From IMG/VR virus record IMGVR_UViG_3300042261_002390, positions 124,001 to 188,000 of that record: a DNA stretch of 64,000 nucleotides; one strand, written 5' to 3'. The notes beneath the pieces are model-generated. The model saw only the letters and a list, made by a program, of their open reading frames with translations. It was not told the DNA's origin and did no database searches. This document shows, piece after piece, positions 57,821 to 64,000 of the stretch (position 1 is the stretch's first letter; every line of letters starts with the position of its first letter). A program made the position numbers and the translations under genes.

Positions 57821-58369
57821 TTAATTTAAGATATAGTTGATATATTTTTGTTTTCTAGTTGGTATGGTATTTTTATTATTAATTACATTACCGATGCCTT
57901 CATTATATGAACGAACGGCTAAAGTCCATACTGAATTGCCCTCATTCACCCAAGCATTATGCATTTCTTTTAAATAAAACATTCCAGCAAATATGTATTT
58001 CTGATTTATATCAAGTTCATCCCAATTGTCGGGAATTATTTTTTTAAATTCAGGGTTCAATAATATTTTATTGTATGTTGTAGTTTTTACTTGCATAAAA
58101 CCGATACAGGTTTTATTTATTGCATTATGTTTAAATTTCGATTCCCAATTAATTAATCTAAAAATCAGTCTGATTGGTAACTCAAATGCATTAGCTGTAA
58201 TATATATGAATTTAACATATTTTGCATCAACATAATTTGGTATTTTTAAGTCTGAAATTATTTCAATTTTGTTTTTGATTTCGTTATAGCTTTCGTCTTC
58301 AATTTGATTGTTTGGATATACAGTAATTGCAAACAACAATAAAATCATTAGTACTGTTTTTTTCATCAT
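57821..58369 (-). CDS. Lytic transglycosylase (SLT domain) with signal peptide
   Basis: LI.WESKF...A, IGFMQV, AG..YL, A.RSYNEG.G, hydrophobic N-terminus. Confidence 0.85.
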   Translation of the reverse strand: MMKKTVLMILLLFAITVYPNNQIEDESYNEIKNKIEIISDLKIPNYVDAKYVKFIYITANAFELPIRLIFRLINWESKFKHNAINKTCIGFMQVKTTTYNKILLNPEFKKIIPDNWDELDINQKYIFAGMFYLKEMHNAWVNEGNSVWTLAVRSYNEGIGNVINNKNTIPTRKQKYINYILN

Positions 58370-58532
58370 ATTTTTTGATTTAAATTGTGATTATTTTTGA
58401 CTACCAATTAGTTGGGTAGTTTAAAAAGAATAAAATGCCCGGAAAATTGTGATTTCCCGGGTATTTTATAAAATTTATTTGAAGTATATTGTATATTTGT
58501 TAGTTTTCTTATATGATTCATTCTTTTGTCTG

Positions 58533-58541
58533 TATAAATAC
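58533..58541 (-). promoter_or_regulatory. Putative late promoter GTATTTATA (minus strand) for the SLT gene
   Basis: TATAAATAC on + strand, upstream of 58369. Confidence 0.6.
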
Positions 58542-58577
58542 TATAAAATATGGTTTTCTGTACAATGTACGTTTTTA

Positions 58578-59348
58578 TTAGTTTTCAATTCTTGGTATCT
58601 CATATTTACTTAGCAATCGATTTACTGTTTTAGTTGGGGAGAATTTAAATATATGTGTATCTCCGATTCTATTAAAACCGCATCTAGTCGCTACCGAAAA
58701 TAATTTATATTCGTTAATTTCAGTATCGTCTTTTGTTTCAAAATCTTTGAGCGAATAATAATCACTAGCTGTTATATTTTCAAAATTATTCGTATCTTTA
58801 ACTGCACTTAACAGTTTAAGTAGCTTCTCTTCGTAATATTCTTTATCGTTTCCGTTATTTTGATATGGCTTTACTAATGCTAAAATTGCGACCCCATCAT
58901 CGTAATAATCCCTATATATCGATTCGATATATTCTTCAGTAACGAACATTTTACGGTAATCAGCATGAACTACTAAAGAATGTAGTAAAACTATCTTTTT
59001 ATATTTCATCATGTCGAATAACCCTGAATCAACTATTGATTTCAATTCATCATAAGTATCTTCACTATGAAATTTTTTCAACAATTTATATAGGTCAAAT
59101 TTTAACATATTAGCCAATTCGATATTCCAGATTGAAAAAGCATATTCACCAATTATAAGCGGATGCTTTTTTTCCTTTAATCTGAGAACCGATATTGTTC
59201 CTTCACATTCGGTAATAATATTCTCATCTTGAGTGATGAAATCGTAATTTTTCCTATATGCTGTTGTTTTAAATGTTAATTTAGATAAAAATCTAATATC
59301 ATTATACATCGTTTCATTAATTTTTGCAAAATTAGTTATTAATTCCAT
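58578..59348 (-). CDS. Hypothetical protein, possible GNAT-fold
   Basis: LLHSLVVHADYRK resembles GNAT motif A. RCGF near the C-terminus. Confidence 0.5.
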   Translation of the reverse strand: MELITNFAKINETMYNDIRFLSKLTFKTTAYRKNYDFITQDENIITECEGTISVLRLKEKKHPLIIGEYAFSIWNIELANMLKFDLYKLLKKFHSEDTYDELKSIVDSGLFDMMKYKKIVLLHSLVVHADYRKMFVTEEYIESIYRDYYDDGVAILALVKPYQNNGNDKEYYEEKLLKLLSAVKDTNNFENITASDYYSLKDFETKDDTEINEYKLFSVATRCGFNRIGDTHIFKFSPTKTVNRLLSKYEIPRIEN

Positions 59349-59363
59349 ATTAACAAGATAAAA

Positions 59364-59792
59364 TTATAACAATTCATGTGATTTATCCATTTTAGCTAGT
59401 AAATCGACGTAATATTGACGAATATTCTCATTGTTGAGGTATTCTTGTGGTTCAAAATTTTCGTCAATCCAATCGCCCCAATATAACTGAACATTGTACT
59501 TACACATGTCATTTATAAATTCATTGAGCGATTTAGGAAATGGTAGTGTTTGTTTTATCTTATTATATGGAAGTAGTATATTATATTCGTTTGAATAAAA
59601 CTCCAATACGACATTATCGTCACTGGTATATCTATACCAAGTTCCCATGTCTTTCCCTCTCCAACCATCAAACAAAACAATAATATTGCTATCTGATTTT
59701 TGAAATAACATATTAATGTTAAATGGTTGTGTGAGAAACTTTTTATATTTCTCACACCCAATTGTTTCAATATATGACGATACCTTAATCAT
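59364..59792 (-). CDS. Hypothetical protein
   Basis: 142-aa ORF in the minus-strand operon. Confidence 0.7.
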   Translation of the reverse strand: MIKVSSYIETIGCEKYKKFLTQPFNINMLFQKSDSNIIVLFDGWRGKDMGTWYRYTSDDNVVLEFYSNEYNILLPYNKIKQTLPFPKSLNEFINDMCKYNVQLYWGDWIDENFEPQEYLNNENIRQYYVDLLAKMDKSHELL

Positions 59793-60018
59793 CGGTCAAA
59801 TTAAATTCACCAACAGCAATAACTAGTACTGATTTAGGTAATTCTTTGTTTTTCAACTCGTTTCGAATTATAGTGTTTGCAACATAATCACTGAAAATTT
59901 CTCCGACGTTCATGATGTTTCTATCTTTAATTTCGAACAATGTTTCATCAGTTTCATTATCGATAAATTTGACAGTGATTCTTGGCGTTTCTTTGATATA
60001 TCTTTGATTATCGCTCAT
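59785..60018 (-). CDS. Hypothetical protein
   Basis: Likely start MSDNQRY. Confidence 0.7.
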   Translation of the reverse strand: MSDNQRYIKETPRITVKFIDNETDETLFEIKDRNIMNVGEIFSDYVANTIIRNELKNKELPKSVLVIAVGEFNLTDD

Positions 60019-60253
60019 CGTTATTCGTTTTATTTTTTTCTTTATCTGCATCAATCATTGCAGCAAATTTGAATACATCAAAAAAGATAACTTTAATCAT
60101 CCAAATAATCAGTACCCAATGAATATACAGTATTTCAAAGTTAAATTTGGGTGCGAAAAAGAACTTCCAAATCAAATTTATTGGAGTTGCTGATATGATT
60201 GACTCAATAAAGTAATATAACATTACTGGAATTATATAAAATAATTGCTTCAT
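60008..60253 (-). CDS. Small membrane protein
   Basis: Two hydrophobic segments. Confidence 0.7.
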   Translation of the reverse strand: MKQLFYIIPVMLYYFIESIISATPINLIWKFFFAPKFNFEILYIHWVLIIWMIKVIFFDVFKFAAMIDADKEKNKTNNDER

Positions 60254-60263
60254 ACGTTTTTAT

Positions 60264-60782
60264 TTATTTCGTGTTAATTTTTAATCCCATTTCTTTCATT
60301 CTGAGCAATGCTTCTGCATTGCCTTTAGCGTCATCTATAGGGTGATGAGTATGTTTTGTCGTTCTAAGATGTTTCCATTTAGCGAAAGTATCTTTAACCA
60401 TTCCACAATATAGGTCACCAATCCGTCTTGAAGTCCAATTAAAAGGATTTGAGCCATAATAAACATGGAAATAGTAGTTTATCCATGAAGCATCAAATCC
60501 ATTATTGTCTGCGAATAAAACAGGTTTTCCTTTAGAGTTTTCAATAACCCATTTAGCAAAATTAGCCATAACGATTGAAGGTTCATCGAATGTAAGATGC
60601 TCTTCCCTACTAATACCACTAATGGCAAGCGTTTCAGGGTCATATTTATCTGAAATTGGCTTTATTTTACCGTAGAACATAGTATCGAGTTTTGGCGTTA
60701 GTTTTACAACGCCAAAACATACCATACTATTCATCCCAATAATTTGACCATCAGTTTCAATATCGATTACAAAGTTACTCAT
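60264..60782 (-). CDS. DEDDh 3'-5' exoribonuclease (Rv2179c/RNase T-like)
   Basis: VIDIETDG, DNNGFD, HHPIDDAKG. Confidence 0.88.
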   Translation of the reverse strand: MSNFVIDIETDGQIIGMNSMVCFGVVKLTPKLDTMFYGKIKPISDKYDPETLAISGISREEHLTFDEPSIVMANFAKWVIENSKGKPVLFADNNGFDASWINYYFHVYYGSNPFNWTSRRIGDLYCGMVKDTFAKWKHLRTTKHTHHPIDDAKGNAEALLRMKEMGLKINTK

Positions 60783-60783
60783 C

Positions 60784-61032
60784 CTATACTTTCAGTGCTA
60801 ATTTCTGTAGATTAGCTTTGAATGTTTTTCTTGCAAAGATAAATAAAAATATTTCATACAAGGTATGCATTAAAGCAAAAATATAGTGAAATAATGAAAC
60901 ACATATTGCAACCAATAACCCAAATGTGAATTTATTGAGCCAACCTTCAAATTTTTCGAACATTGTGCCAATTCGTTTCCAGTGATTTACCTCTTTTTTC
61001 CAGAGGATATTTAATAATGTTACTTTTTTCAT
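60784..61032 (-). CDS. Small membrane protein
   Basis: Long hydrophobic segment. Confidence 0.65.
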   Translation of the reverse strand: MKKVTLLNILWKKEVNHWKRIGTMFEKFEGWLNKFTFGLLVAICVSLFHYIFALMHTLYEIFLFIFARKTFKANLQKLALKV

Positions 61033-61033
61033 G

Positions 61034-61660
61034 TTAATAAGGTGCTTTATGAATTAATGAATCAGGTATAGCTGCATATAGACTAGGTGGGAGATAAATG
61101 ATGTCAATTGTTGAAATGCTTGGCATACTTAAGTCAAATGTCCATCTATTGTCTATCACATAGTCTAATTCCTTTTTACAATAATACGCAACGCTGTCGT
61201 TTAAACTGTTCTCAATATAAACATCATTTAAATATGATGTATATCTAGAATCATCACTAACAAATCCTAGTTTTAGTTTATTATAATTACTTTTATCAAT
61301 ATAGATTATAAATTTAACTGGAATTTGATGTTTATCTTTTTTATTTAACTTGAATTTATCTAATTTCCCATCAGTAAAATCAAAGTTTTTAATAATGTCG
61401 ATATTTGGAAGTGAATCCGAGCCGTAGACATAATATTTAAGTGAATCTTGAATATAAAATGTCGAAAACTCAGATTTATCGTAAACAACTGTTTTAGTTA
61501 ATTGTTTATTGCGTAAGCTGTAGTTAACGGTAAGGGTGGCAATTAATGCCACACCTGTCCCGGTAACCAATATCATGTAACGATATTCCCAAAATCTTTT
61601 TTTTACGAAACACATCCATATGAAAGAAACAAGAAGTATTGAAATTATAAAAGTATACAT
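61034..61660 (-). CDS. Membrane protein (two N-terminal TMs)
   Basis: Hydrophobic N-terminal segments followed by a soluble domain. Confidence 0.7.
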   Translation of the reverse strand: MYTFIISILLVSFIWMCFVKKRFWEYRYMILVTGTGVALIATLTVNYSLRNKQLTKTVVYDKSEFSTFYIQDSLKYYVYGSDSLPNIDIIKNFDFTDGKLDKFKLNKKDKHQIPVKFIIYIDKSNYNKLKLGFVSDDSRYTSYLNDVYIENSLNDSVAYYCKKELDYVIDNRWTFDLSMPSISTIDIIYLPPSLYAAIPDSLIHKAPY

Positions 61661-61689
61661 AGTTTTAAAGTCTTAAAAGTTAATAATAA

Positions 61690-63084
61690 TTATTTTTCGT
61701 CGTCAGTATCTGCCCATTCAAGACCCGGACAGTAATCGGTGTAACTAGCACTAAAATATTCACCAAAAATACCTGTACTACCATAAATTCCACGACCGAT
61801 TGCACACAATCCACGCCAAACAGCCAATGCCAATGGTACTATAATTTTCATAGCAAACCAAATTGCAGGTTTAATCAAGATGTATAGGAAGCTGTATGCA
61901 ATACCCAATGCAACATATTTTATTGGGTAATATAACCAAATTAATGGCTCAACATACCAAACCTTTTTACCTGTTTTATACTTATTTACAATTTTTTGCC
62001 CGAAACCAATAATAAAGAAACCGATTAGATATGCAATACCAACAATTGATAATCCCGCTAAAACATAAACATACAATAACCAATTAGTTGCTGACCAGTC
62101 AATAACAATTGTTAATAGGTGTGCAATTAAATTCACTATAAAGAATGAGGCTGTGAGAAAAAATAACGTAATCAATCCACCAACGAACTGTTTAGTTCTT
62201 CTGATGATGTTCTTCCAATCTAAATCAAATGTGAATGCATCAACAAAAAAATCAATTAGTTTATTCAATGCATTATTAATTGGTTTCATTCTAGCATCCC
62301 ATTTTTCTTTCTTGATTGCTTCTTTACGTTCAATTTCTCGTTGTTTAAGAAGACGTTTTTGGTAATCTTCTCGTTTTTTCGCATTAATTTGCGTACTCCA
62401 TGCGTTCCACTTTAATTCAAGTTCTTTTCTTTTTCCCAAGTATTCTTTTTGATTAGTACCATATTCTAAGCCATACTTTTCAAGCAGAAAATAATTTAGA
62501 ATATCGGTGTCTTTGTTTTTTAAATAAAACTTGGCTGTTGTAGGCAATTTTAAATTACCCCTGTAATAGTACTCGTAGACTTCTTCTTCTTCAATACTTA
62601 ACAACCAGCTATTAATGAATTTTTCCAGTGACCAGATTAAAATTCTTGGGAAAAGCATGATTAGCGAATATATAACTTCCCCAATCACTTTAAATGGAAC
62701 AACTAAAACTGAAAAAATCAGCAACCAAAAGTACGGACAGCCATTTTGCATAGTTTTAGGTGTCGGAGCATTTGAGCCAAGCACGTATTTCACCAAACGA
62801 TAGTGCCATGATTTCATGCTTACACGCATCAATTTAGGCTTTTCTGCCTGAACAATGTACGCATCATCGCCAGTTTGAAGGTAAATTTTACTGTTTAATG
62901 ATAACGAACCAACAATAGTTTCAACTACTTTAATATAGTAGCCTTCATAGTCTTTGTAAAGGAAGCCTTTACAATACAAGATGTTAGGTTTGTTGAATTC
63001 AACAACCTTATTCATCAATAACTCTAATTTTTCAAGTTTGTCGGTAATGTTTCCGACAACAGCTTTTTTAGTTATTTTTCCCAT
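61690..63084 (-). CDS. Multi-pass membrane protein
   Basis: Several TM segments, SWHYRL..., CPYFW, C-terminal YCP. Confidence 0.75.
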   Translation of the reverse strand: MGKITKKAVVGNITDKLEKLELLMNKVVEFNKPNILYCKGFLYKDYEGYYIKVVETIVGSLSLNSKIYLQTGDDAYIVQAEKPKLMRVSMKSWHYRLVKYVLGSNAPTPKTMQNGCPYFWLLIFSVLVVPFKVIGEVIYSLIMLFPRILIWSLEKFINSWLLSIEEEEVYEYYYRGNLKLPTTAKFYLKNKDTDILNYFLLEKYGLEYGTNQKEYLGKRKELELKWNAWSTQINAKKREDYQKRLLKQREIERKEAIKKEKWDARMKPINNALNKLIDFFVDAFTFDLDWKNIIRRTKQFVGGLITLFFLTASFFIVNLIAHLLTIVIDWSATNWLLYVYVLAGLSIVGIAYLIGFFIIGFGQKIVNKYKTGKKVWYVEPLIWLYYPIKYVALGIAYSFLYILIKPAIWFAMKIIVPLALAVWRGLCAIGRGIYGSTGIFGEYFSASYTDYCPGLEWADTDDEK

Positions 63085-63580
63085 TTTGAAATTGATTTAA
63101 TTTATTAATAATTTTATCTTTAATTCCTGTTTGTTTAATACCTTCAAGAGCACGTGGTGTTCTGACAAAATTCTCATCCGGGAGAAAATTCGATAGATTT
63201 AAATCATCGACAGCCACATAATGTTGAACATTGTTCGTTTTAACATATTCAAGTATTTCACTTGCACGACAATTTTCTAATTCACTCAAACTTTTGAACA
63301 ATGTACCCCAATGATTGGGTGTGATGTCTGATATTGTACAATTAATGTTATTAACTGCAAATATCTGATTCAACATGTTCAAATCATATTCATTTTTCCA
63401 ATCACTACTTAAAACAACAATAGGATTGGTTGCTTCAATAATTTCGTTAAAAACTTTAACACATTTCGCATCAAACAAGTATGAATTGTACAATGGACAC
63501 CACTTCTTAGGGTTCACGTTAAATTGAATCAATGTGGCTAAAACACCATCGATGTCGAGCATGAGGTATGGTTTATTCAT
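63068..63580 (-). CDS. HAD-family protein (Swiss-Army-knife RNA-repair HAD type 2)
   Basis: LDIDGVL, VVLSSDWK, RASEI..Y, YVAVDD. Confidence 0.85.
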   Translation of the reverse strand: MNKPYLMLDIDGVLATLIQFNVNPKKWCPLYNSYLFDAKCVKVFNEIIEATNPIVVLSSDWKNEYDLNMLNQIFAVNNINCTISDITPNHWGTLFKSLSELENCRASEILEYVKTNNVQHYVAVDDLNLSNFLPDENFVRTPRALEGIKQTGIKDKIINKLNQFQNGKNN

Positions 63581-63998
63581 CGAGTTCATTTAATAATTTT
63601 CTTACATTGTCCAGATGTTTATTATCCATCGGCTTACCGCAAGTGTTCAATTTAATGAAGGTTTCGTAAATGTCTTTTTTCGACGGATTTCTTAATGTTC
63701 CATATACGATTCCGTGTTCTTCAAATTTATGTCTATCTCTGAAAGATAATTCAGAAAACTTATAACCTTTGTATTTGAATCGGTCTTCATAGAACTCACA
63801 AATTGCGGTAAGTCGTTGTTTACCGTCGATAATTTCAAATGCTTCGGCACGTTTATCGGAATATGGTCGCTCAACGAAAACAAATTTACCAATATCAACA
63901 TTGTTGAAAATGCTATCGATTAACGCAATCTTATCGCTGAGTTCCCAAACATGTTCACGCTGATACTCAACGTCAAAATCAACACCATTAAAATGTAC
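63573..63998 (-). CDS. DUF262 (GmrSD N-terminal/ParB-like) protein, 5' end outside window
   Basis: Own translation: YQREHVW..DKIALIDSI...EIIDGKQRLTAI..F...IYETFIKLNTCGKP. Not in the ORF track because it lacks a start in the window. Confidence 0.85.
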   Translation of the reverse strand, partial: VHFNGVDFDVEYQREHVWELSDKIALIDSIFNNVDIGKFVFVERPYSDKRAEAFEIIDGKQRLTAICEFYEDRFKYKGYKFSELSFRDRHKFEEHGIVYGTLRNPSKKDIYETFIKLNTCGKPMDNKHLDNVRKLLNELDE

Positions 63999-64000
63999 CA

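Noticed and set aside
304-62803. Numerous short antisense or alternate-frame ORFs (e.g. 304..525, 1918..2277, 15612..16034, 19598..20005, 20116..20643, 30991..31395, 32127..32342)
   Set aside because: They lie within or mostly overlap longer motif-bearing genes and have no recognisable motifs or promoters.
63692-63901. 69-aa minus-strand ORF in the track
   Set aside because: Out-of-frame shadow within the DUF262 coding frame (63573-63998).
1-64000. Stop-codon reassignment (as in some large gut phages)
   Set aside because: Long ORFs tile the window under code 11, and TAG and TGA both end genes at sensible positions (e.g. 5218, 47469, 1567).
1-64000. CRISPR array, tRNA or rRNA genes
   Set aside because: No regularly spaced repeats with unique spacers and no cloverleaf/T-arm signatures seen in the short intergenic gaps. 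The tandem repeats present are in-frame Thr/Ser codons.

Overview
AT-rich, densely coding 64-kb segment of a large (jumbo-type) myovirus genome in the standard genetic code. The host is probably a Bacteroidota member, because (C/T)TTG-N19-20-TAnnTTTG promoters recur. A second motif, GTATTTAT(A), sits upstream of about 20 genes and behaves like a phage late promoter. In order, the window holds: the 3' part of a family-B DNA polymerase; putative head-packaged proteins (Nudix, WYL, a 1788-aa two-kinase polyvalent protein, ParB/ART-like); a stand-alone TnpB; a tRNA-end repair pair (CCA-adding enzyme fused to a 2H phosphoesterase, plus a HAD phosphatase) surrounded by homing endonucleases; and a baseplate/tail module. 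Later come replication/recombination genes (RuvC-like, primase, ECF-type sigma, Mre11-Rad50 fusion, dCMP deaminase), lysis genes, and a minus-strand accessory block. The best candidate for an undescribed system lies in the tail module. A four-gene cassette (a plant SERGT1/HPAT-like protein O-glycosyltransferase, a GT32, a SAM methyltransferase and a GT2) sits directly after a structural gene carrying mucin-like Thr/Ser tracts, suggesting a phage-encoded mucin-type O-glycosylation pathway for virion proteins. All family calls come from motif recognition by eye; no searches were run.
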